A stretch of DNA of 64,000 nt from Paucimonas sp. (GCA_028292545.1 JAQGMC010000001.1:1408-65407), one strand, 5' to 3'; shown: positions 10,623 through 21,590, counted from the first letter of the stretch. The notes: generated from the sequence alone by a model not told the origin. Translations and numbers: made by a program.

Positions 10623-13600
10623 TCAGGCATCTTCTTCAAGCTGGCGCCGCTTTTCAGCGAAAAACGGATAAGCCAGGGGCAGCAGCATCAAGGTGAACAA
10701 GGTGGCCGAAACAATGCCGCCGACGATGACCACCGCGAATGGCCGCTGGGTTTCGGAACCGATGCCATGCGACAGGGCAGCTGGCAACAACCCCAGGCCG
10801 GCCATCAGCGCCGTCATCATGATAGGCCGCAGCCGCGACACCGCGCCTTCCACGGCGCTGATGAAGCTGGACGCCTCGCCGCGGTTGTTGTCGATGATCT
10901 GCTCCAGCATGATCACGCCGTTCTGCACCGAGATGCCGGCCACGGCAATGAAACCGACCGCCGCCGATACCGAGAAATGCAGTCCCGCGAAGGCCAGGCC
11001 GATCACGCCGCCAATCAGCGAGAAGGGCACGATTGCCAGCACCAGGCTGGCCATGCGGATCGAGCGGAAGGCCCAGAACAGCAGCAAAAAAATCAGCAGC
11101 AGCGTAATCGGCACGATCACGTACAGGCGCTTGATGGCGCGCTGCTGGTTTTCAAACTGGCCGCCCCAGGTGATGCGGTAACCCGGCGGCAGCTTGACCT
11201 GGCGCGCCACTTTCTTTTGCGCTTCGGCGACGAAGCTGCCCTGGTCGCGGCCCAGCAGGTTGGCCTTGACCGAGGCATTGCGCCCGCCCGCTTCGCGGCT
11301 GATGCGCGCCGCGCCCTGGCGCACTTCAATGCGGCATACGTCGCCCAGGCTGATGGTGCCGGCATGGTTGGGCAGGTTGACCTGGATGTTGGCAATGTCG
11401 TCGATCGAATCGCGGTGGCGCTCGGACAGGCGCACCGTGATGTCGTAACGCTGGTCGCCATCGTAGAAAGTGTTGACTGGAACGCCCGCCAGCGCCCCCT
11501 GCAGCGCGAGGTTCACTTCAGCCACGTTGATGCCCAGGCGCGCAATTTTTTCCCGGTCCACTGTGACCGCCAGTTCAGTCTGGCCGCCGATCTTGATGGC
11601 CGCTACGTCGCTGGCGCCGCGTATGCCGTTCAGGATGGCGGCAATCTGTTCCGACTTTTGCGTCAGGATTTCCAGGTCGGGCCCGAACACCTTGATGGCA
11701 ATCTCACCCTTCACGCCCGACAGCGATTCCTCGACATTGTCCTGGATGACCTGCGAGAAGTTGGTCGGCACGCCGGGTATTGCGCGGATCTTGCGCTGCA
11801 TGTCCGCCACCAGCCTTTCCTTGCTGGGAAAACGCCAGGTATCGCGCGGCTTCAACTCAGCCAGGAATTCAATATTGTTCGATCCCTTGGGGTCCGTGCC
11901 ATCGTCGGGCCGCCCGACCTGGGCGATCAGGTTTTTCACTTCCTTGTAGCCGAGCACGATATTGCGCACCTGGCGCTCGACTTCCTTGGAAGTCTGCAGG
12001 GACGTGGAAGTGGGCAGGCTGAGCGTGAGCCAGATATTGCCCTCGTCCAGCTTGGGCAGGAATTCGCTGCCCAGCAAAGGCGCCAATGCCAGCGTCACCA
12101 CCAGCACGCAAGCCGAGCTCACCACCAGCAAAAAGCGGTGGATGCCGGACCAGCGCAGGAAGGCGCGGTAACGCTGCTGCAGCCATTCCATCCAGTGAAT
12201 GTGCTTTTCCTCCAGCGTATGGCGCTCCATCGTCATCGCCAGCAGCGTCGGTATCAGCGTCATGGTCAGCAGCACCGCGCCCAGCATGGCGAAGGTGATG
12301 GTCAGCGCCACTGGCGAAAAGATTTTTCCCTCCACCCGCTGGAAAGTGAAAATCGGGATGAAGGCGACAATGATGATGGCCTTGGCGAACAGGATTGGAT
12401 GGCCCAGTTCAACCACCGTCGACTTCAGCACGCTGATGCGCCAGCGCGCGCCAGCTTCGGCATGGGCCGGATCAAAGCCGCGCGCTGCCAGGCGCACCAT
12501 CAAGGCTTCCACCAGCACCACCGCGCCATCGATGATGATGCCAAAGTCCACCGTCCCCAGCGAGATCAGGTTGGCCGGTATGTTGCGCGCATCGAGCATG
12601 ATGAAGGCGAACAGCAGGGACAGCGGAATCACCGTCGCCACGATCAGCGCCGCGCGCCAGTTGCGCAAGAAAATCACCAGCAGCGCAATCACCAGCGCCG
12701 CGCCCACCAGCAGGTTTTCCACCACCGTCAGCACGGTATGGCTGATCAGTTCGGTGCGGTCGTAGATGGTGCGGATCTTCACGCCCGGTGGCAACTTGCT
12801 GTTGACTTGATCGATACGCTCGCGCAAATCTTCGATCACCTTGATCGCATTGCCACCCTTGGTCATTTGCACGATGCCCTGCACCACGCTGTCCTGGTGG
12901 TTCAGCGCCACCATGCCCGAGCGCGGCCTTTCGCCGATTTTCACTTCAGCCACGTCGCCCACCAGCACGGTCTTGCCGCCCTTGGCGCTCACCACGACCC
13001 GGCCGATGTCTTCGTGGTTGCGCAGGATGCCGATGCCGCGTATCACCAGCGCTTCATCGCCGCGCCGCACCAGGCCGCCACCCACGTTGGCGCTATTGCT
13101 GGTCAGGGCCTGGCTGACCTGGTCGATCGTCACGCCGTAACGCATCAGCGTATTCGGGTCGACCAGCACCTGGTATTCACGCACGGTGCCGCCGAAGCTG
13201 ACTACCTCGGCCACGCCGGGTGTGATCTTCAGCGCCGGGCGCACCACCCAATCCTGCAACGATCGCAATTCGCTTTCGTTCATGCCGGCCGGCGCTTCCA
13301 GGATGTAGCGATAGATTTCACCCACCGCAGTGGACAGTGGCGCCAGCGTCGGCTGTACGCCGGGCGGCAGTGAAACGGTCTGCAGCTTTTCCAGCACTTG
13401 CTGGCGCGCGAAATAATCGTCGGTGCCATCGGCAAAAGTCAGTGTCACCACCGACAGGCCGGTGATGGTCACCGAGCGCAACTGGGTCTGGCGTGGCACG
13501 CCACTCATTTCGCGCTCGATCGGCAGCGTGACGATGCGTTCGACTTCTTCCGGCGCCTGGCCCGGGAACTGGGTCACGATCTGGACTTGCACATCCTGCA

Positions 13601-13724
13601 CGTCGGGGAAGGCTTCGATCGACAGGTGCGACAGCGACCGGTAGCCAAAGACGCCCAGCGCCACCGTCAGCAGCAGCACGAACAGGCGCTGCGTCAGGAC
13701 AAAATCAATCAGCTTACTGAGCAT
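10623..13724 (-). CDS. CusA/CzcA-family heavy-metal efflux RND permease
   Basis: IEAFPDV, DFGIIIDGAVVLVE, RLRPIMMTA and GSETQRPFA motifs; start assigned to MLSKLIDF. Confidence 0.93.
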   Translation of the reverse strand: MLSKLIDFVLTQRLFVLLLTVALGVFGYRSLSHLSIEAFPDVQDVQVQIVTQFPGQAPEEVERIVTLPIEREMSGVPRQTQLRSVTITGLSVVTLTFADGTDDYFARQQVLEKLQTVSLPPGVQPTLAPLSTAVGEIYRYILEAPAGMNESELRSLQDWVVRPALKITPGVAEVVSFGGTVREYQVLVDPNTLMRYGVTIDQVSQALTSNSANVGGGLVRRGDEALVIRGIGILRNHEDIGRVVVSAKGGKTVLVGDVAEVKIGERPRSGMVALNHQDSVVQGIVQMTKGGNAIKVIEDLRERIDQVNSKLPPGVKIRTIYDRTELISHTVLTVVENLLVGAALVIALLVIFLRNWRAALIVATVIPLSLLFAFIMLDARNIPANLISLGTVDFGIIIDGAVVLVEALMVRLAARGFDPAHAEAGARWRISVLKSTVVELGHPILFAKAIIIVAFIPIFTFQRVEGKIFSPVALTITFAMLGAVLLTMTLIPTLLAMTMERHTLEEKHIHWMEWLQQRYRAFLRWSGIHRFLLVVSSACVLVVTLALAPLLGSEFLPKLDEGNIWLTLSLPTSTSLQTSKEVERQVRNIVLGYKEVKNLIAQVGRPDDGTDPKGSNNIEFLAELKPRDTWRFPSKERLVADMQRKIRAIPGVPTNFSQVIQDNVEESLSGVKGEIAIKVFGPDLEILTQKSEQIAAILNGIRGASDVAAIKIGGQTELAVTVDREKIARLGINVAEVNLALQGALAGVPVNTFYDGDQRYDITVRLSERHRDSIDDIANIQVNLPNHAGTISLGDVCRIEVRQGAARISREAGGRNASVKANLLGRDQGSFVAEAQKKVARQVKLPPGYRITWGGQFENQQRAIKRLYVIVPITLLLIFLLLFWAFRSIRMASLVLAIVPFSLIGGVIGLAFAGLHFSVSAAVGFIAVAGISVQNGVIMLEQIIDNNRGEASSFISAVEGAVSRLRPIMMTALMAGLGLLPAALSHGIGSETQRPFAVVIVGGIVSATLFTLMLLPLAYPFFAEKRRQLEEDA

Positions 13725-14865
13725 TGGTCGACGCCTCGGCATTGAGCAGCAGGGCGCCATGCGTGACGACGCGCTCGCCATTGCCGACGCCGGCATCGAC
13801 AAAACTGCTGTCCGGGCCGCGCAGCACGACACTGACCTGGCGCCGTTCGAAGCGGCCGGGCTGGGTTTCGACGAAGGCGTAGTTGTACAGTCCTTCAGAT
13901 ATCAGGCTGCTGTTGGGCAGGCGCACGGCGCGCTTGTTGCCGTCAGCCAGGAAGTAGACCCGGGCAAACATTTCCGGACGCAGCCGCAAGTCATTGTTCC
14001 TGACCAGGCAGCGCACCTGCACCCGGCGCGTGACCGGATCGAGCGCCACGCCGACCCGCTCCACGACCGCCGGAAACGAAACCTGCGGATAGGCGTCCGT
14101 GACGATGCTTACTGCCTGGCCCGGCTTTACATCGGCCAGGTAGCGTTCCGGCACATCGGCCAGCAGCCACAAGCGGGTGATGTCGGTCACGACGAAAAGC
14201 GGGTTGGGCAAGTCGGGGCGCACTTCCATGCCCGGGTTGATCTGGCGGTCCGCCACCATGCCCTTGAGGGGCGACTTGAGCGCAAAGCGGCCGTCTTCAT
14301 GGCCGGTGGCATTCAGCAGTTTCATCCGTTGCGCGGTGCGCCGGGTTTCAGCCAGCGCTTGCTGGTGCTCCGCTTCGGCGTTTTCATAATCCTTGCGCGC
14401 AATGACTTCACGCTCGAACAATTGCCGCGCGCGTTCCCAGGCGCGCTTCTTGCGCTCGGCATCGACCCGGCTTTTCTGGAAATCCGATTCGGCAGCAGCC
14501 AGGTCGGCGGAATCGATTGCCACCAGCGGGTCACCCACGTTGACCTTGTCGCCAATCTCGCGCAGCAGTTTGTTCACGCGCCCGGTCACGGGCGAGCTGA
14601 CGCGCGCAGTGACGTTTTCGTCATAGGCAATGTGGCCGTTGACGGGGTCGGCAATGGGCAGCGCCAGTGAAAATGCAGCTTCCATTTTCAGCGACGCCAT
14701 CTGCGGCGCATCCTTGGCGAACTGCACCACGCGCGGGCCCGCCGGCCTTGCTTCAGGTGTTGGTTCAACCACGGCCTTTTGCTGGAAATAGCCGACGCCG
14801 ACAACGACGCCCGCCGCCGCGGCGACCATGGCAGCGCCAATGGCCAGTTTGGAAATCATTTTCAT
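13714..14865 (-). CDS. RND efflux periplasmic adaptor (MFP)
   Basis: Lipoyl half-motifs, helical hairpin, LRPEMFA; overlaps both neighbours. Confidence 0.92.
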   Translation of the reverse strand: MKMISKLAIGAAMVAAAAGVVVGVGYFQQKAVVEPTPEARPAGPRVVQFAKDAPQMASLKMEAAFSLALPIADPVNGHIAYDENVTARVSSPVTGRVNKLLREIGDKVNVGDPLVAIDSADLAAAESDFQKSRVDAERKKRAWERARQLFEREVIARKDYENAEAEHQQALAETRRTAQRMKLLNATGHEDGRFALKSPLKGMVADRQINPGMEVRPDLPNPLFVVTDITRLWLLADVPERYLADVKPGQAVSIVTDAYPQVSFPAVVERVGVALDPVTRRVQVRCLVRNNDLRLRPEMFARVYFLADGNKRAVRLPNSSLISEGLYNYAFVETQPGRFERRQVSVVLRGPDSSFVDAGVGNGERVVTHGALLLNAEASTNAQ

Positions 14866-16172
14866 TTGGTCGTCTCATCCAGTGTGGCGGCGCGCCAGGC
14901 GGCGAGGGCACGGGCGTAATCTGCGCGCGCATTCAATTCATCCAGCGTGATCGCGCGATAGGTGCGGCGCGCATCCAGCACATCGGTGACGCCGGTGGCG
15001 CCGTTGCGAAAAGCAAATTCGGCCGCATCCGCCGCGCGCCGCGCTGCCACTGTCAATTCATCACGGAAGCGGCCCAACCGCTCCTGGGCCGACTGCATGT
15101 CGCTGAAGGCGCGTTGCAGGCTGGCGCTGGCTTCGCGCCTGGCTTTCAACAGGTTGGCCTGGGCGCTATCTACACCTGCCAGCGCATTGCGGATGTCGCC
15201 TTCGTAATAGTGATTGACGAAGAGTGGCACCTGCACCGACACGCCAAAGGTATTGCTGCCGTAAAAACCGTTCAGCGGGCTGGCCGGCGAATGGTCGACT
15301 TGCACGCCAACGGACACGTCACGCGTGCGCTGGGACTGGGCCAGGCGCAGGTTGGCCTGGGCCGCTTGCAGGCGTGCATTGGCAGCGCGTATATCCGGCC
15401 GCTGGTCCAGCATCGATTCGAAGGAGGGCAGGTTGCCGGGCGCGACCGGCACCGGCCATTCATCGGCAGCTTCGACTTGCTCCGGCGCTGCGCTCACGCC
15501 CAGCATCAGCAACAGCGCAAGGCGGCTGCGCTTGGTGTCGGCCTCGGCCTGGCGCACGTCATTTTTGGCGCGCAAGGCATCGACCCGCAAGCGGTCCACA
15601 TCGGCGCCGGCCAGGTCGCCTGCAGCGCGGCGCTGGTCTGCCGCCGCCAGCGTGGCGCCAAACAGTTTGGCCGTGTCTTGGGCGATTGACAGGCGCTCCT
15701 GCGCCGCCAGCGCGTTGTAGTACATGTCGGCGACATTGGAACGCAACTGGCGTTGTGCGTTGGCCAGGTCGGCCCGGGACGCATCAAGCAGTTGGGTCGC
15801 GTTTTCTGCGCGGTACTGGCGCTTGCCGCCGCGCTCAATCAACTGCTCCAGGCGCACCGCCGTGTCGACCTGCTTATCGCGCAGCGAACCTGGGCCCACG
15901 CCGGCACGCGGATTGTAATTTTGTATGCCCAGCGTCAAGGTTGGATTCGGCGTTACATCCGCGGACAACAGGGCGGCATCAGCTGCACGAACGGCAATCT
16001 CGGCCAGGCTGATGTCGGGATTGCGCTGGGCAGCAATCTCCAGCGCCCGCGCCAGGCTCAAGCGGCCCAGCGTGGGCGGCGCCGGGTCTGCGGCAAGGAC
16101 ACTCAGGGAAGGTAAAAGCAAGGCCAGCGCCAGCATGCGCAGCAGAAGCCATGAAGAGAAAAGTCGCTGCAA
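14862..16172 (-). CDS. TolC/CzcC-family outer membrane efflux protein
   Basis: Q-L-I-E-R-G-G-K-R and RPDI repeats of OEP domains; first gene of the operon; start uncertain. Confidence 0.9.
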   Translation of the reverse strand: MQRLFSSWLLLRMLALALLLPSLSVLAADPAPPTLGRLSLARALEIAAQRNPDISLAEIAVRAADAALLSADVTPNPTLTLGIQNYNPRAGVGPGSLRDKQVDTAVRLEQLIERGGKRQYRAENATQLLDASRADLANAQRQLRSNVADMYYNALAAQERLSIAQDTAKLFGATLAAADQRRAAGDLAGADVDRLRVDALRAKNDVRQAEADTKRSRLALLLMLGVSAAPEQVEAADEWPVPVAPGNLPSFESMLDQRPDIRAANARLQAAQANLRLAQSQRTRDVSVGVQVDHSPASPLNGFYGSNTFGVSVQVPLFVNHYYEGDIRNALAGVDSAQANLLKARREASASLQRAFSDMQSAQERLGRFRDELTVAARRAADAAEFAFRNGATGVTDVLDARRTYRAITLDELNARADYARALAAWRAATLDETTK

Positions 16173-16683
16173 TTTCTGGTCGTCCTGTCATCGGTGTTCG
16201 ACGGACGCGTGTCGCCCATCGCCCTTTTAGCCAGGAAGGCGGGGAGGGTGGGAGGAGCGTATCGCCGGCGGCTTACGCGAAGCTGAGGTCAAGCTGACGG
16301 GCCGCTTACAAATGTAAAACGATGGCAAGTTTTTGCATGGCGGCCGGGTACAGACCCGACAGCAGCGCCGGCAGGGTCTGAAGGGTTGTCGCGGGGGTCG
16401 GTCAACGCTAACGCCTAAGGAAATGCCCAGCCATGAAGGGTGTGCGCAAGCGGTCACTGGCTATTAAGTAACAGGCAGAACTGTCTATGAAAAAGCCCAC
16501 TAACAGTGATCGCGCCGCTCCAACAATCCGCGCAAAACTTAAGCCACTGCTTGCTTAACGCATTTGCTTCCGGCGGTATCCGCACCGCTGAAATTGTTGG
16601 TGTTTGTTTCCGATGGGAACTATCTGCCCGATCCGCTTTCCTACCCCGTGCTCGTTGCGGCGAGTACTTACAGGGAGAAGAAT

Positions 16684-17625
16684 ATGTTGTCAAAACAAGG
16701 GCAGGGCGCCATGCGTCCTGGATTGATTTCGTGCGTCCGCAGCCTACTGGCTTGTGCTGTCGGCATGGCAATGGTGACGGCTTGCGGTGGCAGTATCGGC
16801 ACTGATGCGGGCAATGGATCGCCGACGGTCATGGCGGTGTCGGCCGGCACGGTCGCCGGCAATGACGGCACGACTACGACCGGCACCACGTCGAACGGCA
16901 CGACGACGGCCGGCACCACTACGGACGGAACCACGACCGCCCAGCCACAGCCGGCCACGCCGGTGGCGCAGACCGGTAGCGCCGGCGTCGCTTTCGACCC
17001 CAATGCCGCGGCCACGACCACACCGACGGCAAGCGCGCCTGTGGTCATTGATTACTATGGCGACTCCACGATCTGGGGCTTGCGCAGTGTCAGCGGTGGC
17101 CAGGTTGGCGTGACCGCTCCCGCCGCTTTCGCGGCGGCCCTGCCGGCCAGCGGCAAATACGTGGTTCGCAACGAAGGTGTCAGCGGCAGCACATCCTGCG
17201 CCTTGCTGGAAGGCAGCGATGGCAAGCATCCGGCCTGGGCGACGCAAATGGCCAATTCGAATGCGAATGTCGTCATCATGAATTTTGCGATCAATGATGA
17301 ATGGAAGATGGACTTGAACCGCTACCGCTCCTGCATGACCGCGCTGGCAAGCCAGGCGCGCGCAGCCGGCAAGAAGGTCGTCTTCGAAACACCCAATCCG
17401 ACACGCGACAGCTATCCGGCTAGCCTTGATGCCTGGGCCCAGGCAATGCGCGACCTGGCTCGCAGCTTGCAAATACCGGTCATCGACCAGTATCAATTCC
17501 TGAAGAATTATCTTGGCGGGCGCAGCGTGACGGAAATCTGTCCGGACGGCTTGCACCCCACCGATGCGGTCTACGTCATGAAGGGCAAATACGCGGCCCA
17601 GGTGTTTCCTTCACTGCAGTTTTAA
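16684..17625 (+). CDS. SGNH/GDSL hydrolase, probable lipoprotein with Thr/Gly-rich linker
   Basis: YGDST block I, NEGVSG block II, AIND block III, DGLHP block V; VTAC lipobox-like. Confidence 0.85.
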   Translation: MLSKQGQGAMRPGLISCVRSLLACAVGMAMVTACGGSIGTDAGNGSPTVMAVSAGTVAGNDGTTTTGTTSNGTTTAGTTTDGTTTAQPQPATPVAQTGSAGVAFDPNAAATTTPTASAPVVIDYYGDSTIWGLRSVSGGQVGVTAPAAFAAALPASGKYVVRNEGVSGSTSCALLEGSDGKHPAWATQMANSNANVVIMNFAINDEWKMDLNRYRSCMTALASQARAAGKKVVFETPNPTRDSYPASLDAWAQAMRDLARSLQIPVIDQYQFLKNYLGGRSVTEICPDGLHPTDAVYVMKGKYAAQVFPSLQF

Positions 17626-17994
17626 GCCGGCCGGCCAGGTCCGGCCGCTTGCGCCCTGCAGCGCAGGCGCGCAAGCGCGCAGGCGGCTGCCATGCCGGCG
17701 AGGCCTGACGGGTCGCGGCAAGAACCAAAAGGAACCTGGCGCGCCATTCGCTGCGCCAGTTCTCGCGCTGTCTCTACCTTCGGTGGCATCACATCCAGAC
17801 CAGGTAGCGATCTCCGCGCCCTGCGAGGCGGCGGAAGATCCGCACGCTCTGCGGGGCGCCGGGAATGGCGCATCCTTTCAAATCTCGAATCAAATCCCAG
17901 ATTGCACTGCTGCGCAGATCGTGGCGCCGCCAAGGCATTTCAAGCCCTGCGCATAGGTACGCGAAAGCAACTGCAGGACAGGCAAAAACAGGTT

Positions 17995-18022
17995 CTTGAA
18001 ATTCCTGCAGCCGTGCCTATTT
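17995..18022 (+). promoter_or_regulatory. RpoH (sigma-32)-like promoter
   Basis: CTTGAAA-N14-CCTATTT about 80 nt upstream of the hsp20 pair. Confidence 0.65.
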
Positions 18023-18101
18023 TCGGTAGCGAAGCAGGATCGCAAGCTGATTTTTTCCGCTTCCGGCGGACAAATTCGTTCTTGAATGAAAGGAGAAAGC
18101 C

Positions 18102-18536
18102 ATGCTGTACCAGACCGTGTTTTCCCGTGATCTGTTTTCTGAACTCGACCGCCTGCAACGCGACCTGCTGGACGCCTTCGAAGGGCCCAGCATCCGTGGC
18201 GGGCGCACTGGTTTTCCGGCACTGAACATAGGCAGCACACCACATGCCGTTGAGCTGTATGCGCTGGTGCCGGGCCTGGACCCCGCCAGCGTCGAAGTGA
18301 ACCTGGAAAAAGGTGTGCTGACCATTTCCGGTGAACGCCAGGACGACTTGTCCAGCGGCGAAGAAAAAGCCACCGTGCATGTGCACGAGCGCTTTGCCGG
18401 CCGTTTCCGGCGCGTAGTCAGCCTGCCGGACGATATCGATCCGGATGGCGTATCGGCTGCCTATCGCGACGGCGTGCTCCACATCACCGCCAAGCGCCGT
18501 GAATCGGTGCAGCCGCGTCGTATCGCCGTGCAGTGA
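18102..18536 (+). CDS. Hsp20/alpha-crystallin small heat-shock protein
   Basis: GVLTISGER, ERFAGRFRRVVSLP and AAYRDGVLHI motifs. Confidence 0.93.
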   Translation: MLYQTVFSRDLFSELDRLQRDLLDAFEGPSIRGGRTGFPALNIGSTPHAVELYALVPGLDPASVEVNLEKGVLTISGERQDDLSSGEEKATVHVHERFAGRFRRVVSLPDDIDPDGVSAAYRDGVLHITAKRRESVQPRRIAVQ

Positions 18537-18604
18537 GGACTAGGCCAACGCCTGCCCGGTCGGTATATGGAACCTGGAACAATCTGAAAGCAAAGGAGAG
18601 CACC

Positions 18605-19018
18605 ATGACCAACAGTCAATTGCAAGCCAAGCCCCAGGCCCAGGCCCAGGCTGGCGAAACCGGACGCGCCGTGCGCGAGCGCGAAGTGCAGGCACAGCTG
18701 CCTGCGGTGGATGTGATCGAAGATGCTGCCGGCATCACGCTGCTGGCGGACCTGCCGGGCGTGCCGCGCGACAAATTGAGCCTGCAAGTCGATGCCGAAA
18801 GCCTGACGATCGAAGGCGAAGTCGTGCTCGACGTGCCCGAAGGCATGCAGTCCAACCATGTGGAATTGCGCGTGCCGCGTTTCCGCCGCAGCTTCACCCT
18901 GTCCAAGGAACTGGATAGTGAAAAAGTCGCCGCTGAACTGAAGAATGGCGTGCTGCGACTGCGGATTCCCAAAGCCCAGCATGCCCAGCCGCGCAAGATC
19001 GAGGTTCGCGTAAGCTGA
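18605..19018 (+). CDS. Hsp20/alpha-crystallin small heat-shock protein
   Basis: PAVDVIED, ADLPGV, FRRSFTL and AELKNGVLRLRIPK motifs; AAGGAG RBS. Confidence 0.93.
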   Translation: MTNSQLQAKPQAQAQAGETGRAVREREVQAQLPAVDVIEDAAGITLLADLPGVPRDKLSLQVDAESLTIEGEVVLDVPEGMQSNHVELRVPRFRRSFTLSKELDSEKVAAELKNGVLRLRIPKAQHAQPRKIEVRVS

Positions 19019-19043
19019 GCAAGCGAAGACGAAAGCAGTAATC

Positions 19044-19074
19044 GAAAACGGCGCACTGGCGCCGTTTTCTTTTT
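19044..19074 (+). terminator. Rho-independent terminator
   Basis: GAAAACGGCGC-ACTG-GCGCCGTTTTC followed by a T tract, after the hsp20 pair. Confidence 0.75.
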
Positions 19075-19236
19075 GCGCACCGGGGCTGGCGAGCCCAGGC
19101 CAGGCGGGGCCATACTGCAGCACCGGCAGCGCCCAGCGCCCGGATGGCTGTGCTTGCGGGCGCGCATCCGCGGGCGCTGGCCGGGCTGCTATAGTAGCCG
19201 CAGCCAGACCGGCTTGAAAAAGGGAGGGGAGACATC

Positions 19237-20133
19237 ATGAATGCACTTGCCACGCAAGGCCGCCGCGTCATGCGCATGCGCTTAACCATTGCCGTTGCCC
19301 TTGCCAGCCTGCTGGGCGCCTGCGGCTCCGCCCCCAGGGCGCCGGCGGCGCAGGCCCAGCCGCTCTCGCCGCAGCGCATCGACACGCTGCTGGCTAGCCC
19401 CGACCGCAGCCCCGCCGACCGCGCCACTGACGCCCGCCGCAAGCCGGCGCAACTGCTGGCTTTTGCGCGCGTGGGCGAAGGCATGACCGTGCTCGACATG
19501 AGTGCCGGTGGCGGTTACACCAGCGAATTGCTGGCGCGCGCAGTCGGTCCGAATGGCCGCGTCATCGGCCAGAGCGCGCCGCCGAGGCCGATGGCGCCCG
19601 GCGTGACACGCGAAGGTGGCGCAGCGCCCGCCGCTGCGCCCGTTGCAGCCGCTGCAGCCACCCCGGCTGCGCCAGCGCCGCGCCGGCTGTCCTCACCCGA
19701 AGCCCTGGCTGCGCGCGCCAAAAATCCGGCTGCGGCCAATATCGTTGCCGTGGTGCGGCCCTTCGAAGACCCGGTTCCGCCGGAGCTTGCAGTCAATGGG
19801 CTGGACCTCGTGACTTTCATCTACAACTACCATGACATGGGTCACCAGGGTGTGGACCGGGCGCGCATGAACCAGGCTGTATTCAAGGCGCTCAAACCTG
19901 GCGGCGTGTATGTGATCGTCGACCATGCCGGTCGTCCTGGCACGGGCATTTCGGAATCGGGAAGCCTGCATCGGGTGGAAGAAAATTTTGTGCGCCGCGA
20001 GGTGGAAGCCGCAGGCCTGCGCCTGGATGGCGCGGCTGATTTCCTGCGCAATCCGGCTGACCCGCGAGACCGCAACACGCCCGAACCGCCGCAGCCCAAG
20101 GATGGCTTCGTGCTTCGCTTCGTGAAGCCTTGA
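19237..20133 (+). CDS. Class I SAM-dependent methyltransferase-like lipoprotein
   Basis: LGAC lipobox; VLDMSAGGGY motif I; ALKPGGVYVIVDH. Confidence 0.85.
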   Translation: MNALATQGRRVMRMRLTIAVALASLLGACGSAPRAPAAQAQPLSPQRIDTLLASPDRSPADRATDARRKPAQLLAFARVGEGMTVLDMSAGGGYTSELLARAVGPNGRVIGQSAPPRPMAPGVTREGGAAPAAAPVAAAAATPAAPAPRRLSSPEALAARAKNPAAANIVAVVRPFEDPVPPELAVNGLDLVTFIYNYHDMGHQGVDRARMNQAVFKALKPGGVYVIVDHAGRPGTGISESGSLHRVEENFVRREVEAAGLRLDGAADFLRNPADPRDRNTPEPPQPKDGFVLRFVKP

Positions 20134-21485
20134 CCACGCCGCTTCCACACGAAGCTGCCGCTGGCGCCGGCCCGGAGCCGGCGGTTCCCGCGGCGACGGG
20201 GCCGAACGTGGCGCAGCAGGATGAAGCGCCGGTTTCCTGGCTGGCCGGGCTTGGTCCCGGCCTCATCACTGGCGCGGCTGACGACGACCCCAGCGGCATC
20301 GCCACCTATTCGCAGGCTGGCGCCCAGTTCGGCTTCAACATGCTGTGGACCGTGCTACTGACCTATCCGCTGATGGTCAGCATACAACTCGTGAGCGCGC
20401 GCATCGGGCGCGTCACGGGCCGCGGCCTGGCAACCAACCTGCGGCGCCATTTTCCGCGCTGGCTGCTGCTGTCGATCGTAAGCCTGCTGGTGCTGGCCAA
20501 CACCATCAATATCGCAGCCGACGTGTCAGCCATGGGCGAGGCCCTGCATCTGCTGGCCGGCGGCCAGGCGCACTGGCATGCGGTGGGTGTGGGCCTGCTG
20601 TCGCTGCTGCTGCAAATCCTCATTCCCTACCGGCGCTACGTGCGCCTGCTGAAGTGGCTGACCCTGGCCTTGCTGAGTTACGTGGCCACGGTTTTTGTGG
20701 TCCACATACCGTGGGCCAAGGTGGTGACGGGTGCGCTGTTTCCCGTGCTGCAGTCTGACGTGGCCTATGTGACGACGGTCGTGGCGGTGCTGGGCACAAC
20801 CATCAGCCCCTACCTGTTTTTCTGGCAGGCGTCGCAAGAAGTGGAAGACTTGCGCGCCGATCCGAGCGCCTATGCGCTGCTGGACCGGCCCGAGCAGGCG
20901 CGGCGTCATTTGCACCGCATACGGGTCGATACCTGGACCGGCATGGGGTTTTCCAACCTGGTGGCTTTTTTCATCATGCTGACCACGGCCGTTACGCTGC
21001 ACATGCATGGCGTGACCCAGATCGAAACCTCGGCCGACGCGGCGCAGGCGCTGCGCCCGGTGGCCGGCGATTTCGCTTTCGCGCTGTTTTGCGCCGGCAT
21101 CGTCGGCACCGGCTTGCTCGCGATACCGGTGCTGGCCGGCGCCTCGGCCTATGCCATGGCGGGCGCCTTCCGCTGGAAAAACAGCCTCGAAGCCGCGCCG
21201 CGCGACGCCTGGCAGTTTTACGCCATCATCGGCCTGTCCACCGCGGGCGGCGTGTTGCTGAGCCTGTCAGGCATCGACCCGATCAAAGCCCTGTACTGGA
21301 GCGCCGTCGTCAATGGCGTGATTGCGGTGCCGGTAATGGCGGCGATGATGCTGATGGCGGGTCGGCCCGACATCATGGGACGCTTCGTGGTCGGGCGCCG
21401 GCTCAAGCTGCTGGGATGGCTGACGACGGCTTGCATGTCCGGCGCAGTCAGCTTGATGTTTTTCCTGATGTGGAAGGGCGGGTAA
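20130..21485 (+). CDS. NRAMP-family divalent metal transporter
   Basis: LGPGLITGAADDDPSGIATYSQAGA and GTTISPYLFFWQ motifs; many TM segments. Confidence 0.92.
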   Translation: MTTPLPHEAAAGAGPEPAVPAATGPNVAQQDEAPVSWLAGLGPGLITGAADDDPSGIATYSQAGAQFGFNMLWTVLLTYPLMVSIQLVSARIGRVTGRGLATNLRRHFPRWLLLSIVSLLVLANTINIAADVSAMGEALHLLAGGQAHWHAVGVGLLSLLLQILIPYRRYVRLLKWLTLALLSYVATVFVVHIPWAKVVTGALFPVLQSDVAYVTTVVAVLGTTISPYLFFWQASQEVEDLRADPSAYALLDRPEQARRHLHRIRVDTWTGMGFSNLVAFFIMLTTAVTLHMHGVTQIETSADAAQALRPVAGDFAFALFCAGIVGTGLLAIPVLAGASAYAMAGAFRWKNSLEAAPRDAWQFYAIIGLSTAGGVLLSLSGIDPIKALYWSAVVNGVIAVPVMAAMMLMAGRPDIMGRFVVGRRLKLLGWLTTACMSGAVSLMFFLMWKGG

Positions 21486-21517
21486 AGAAGGCCGCGATTG
21501 GAAGGCCGCGATTGACT

Positions 21518-21545
21518 TGAACCGGCCTCCGGGGCGCGTTACAGA
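21518..21545 (+). promoter_or_regulatory. ECF-sigma (hrp-box-like) promoter of paralogue A1
   Basis: TGAACC-N15-TTACAGA, 45 nt before the ATG; same motif precedes all five paralogues. Confidence 0.65.
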
Positions 21546-21590
21546 TCGGGCTATTCCAACCAACGAGCGCCTACCGGGGCGCGCTTTACC

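Noticed and set aside
10356-13373. 1005-aa + strand ORF
   Set aside because: Antisense shadow of the CusA/CzcA gene with no recognisable motifs; long shadow ORFs are expected in high-GC DNA.
18050-18101. ROSE-type RNA thermometer before hsp20
   Set aside because: Small hairpins exist, but I cannot see the canonical U(U/C)GCU pairing with the SD; it would need folding or Rfam analysis.
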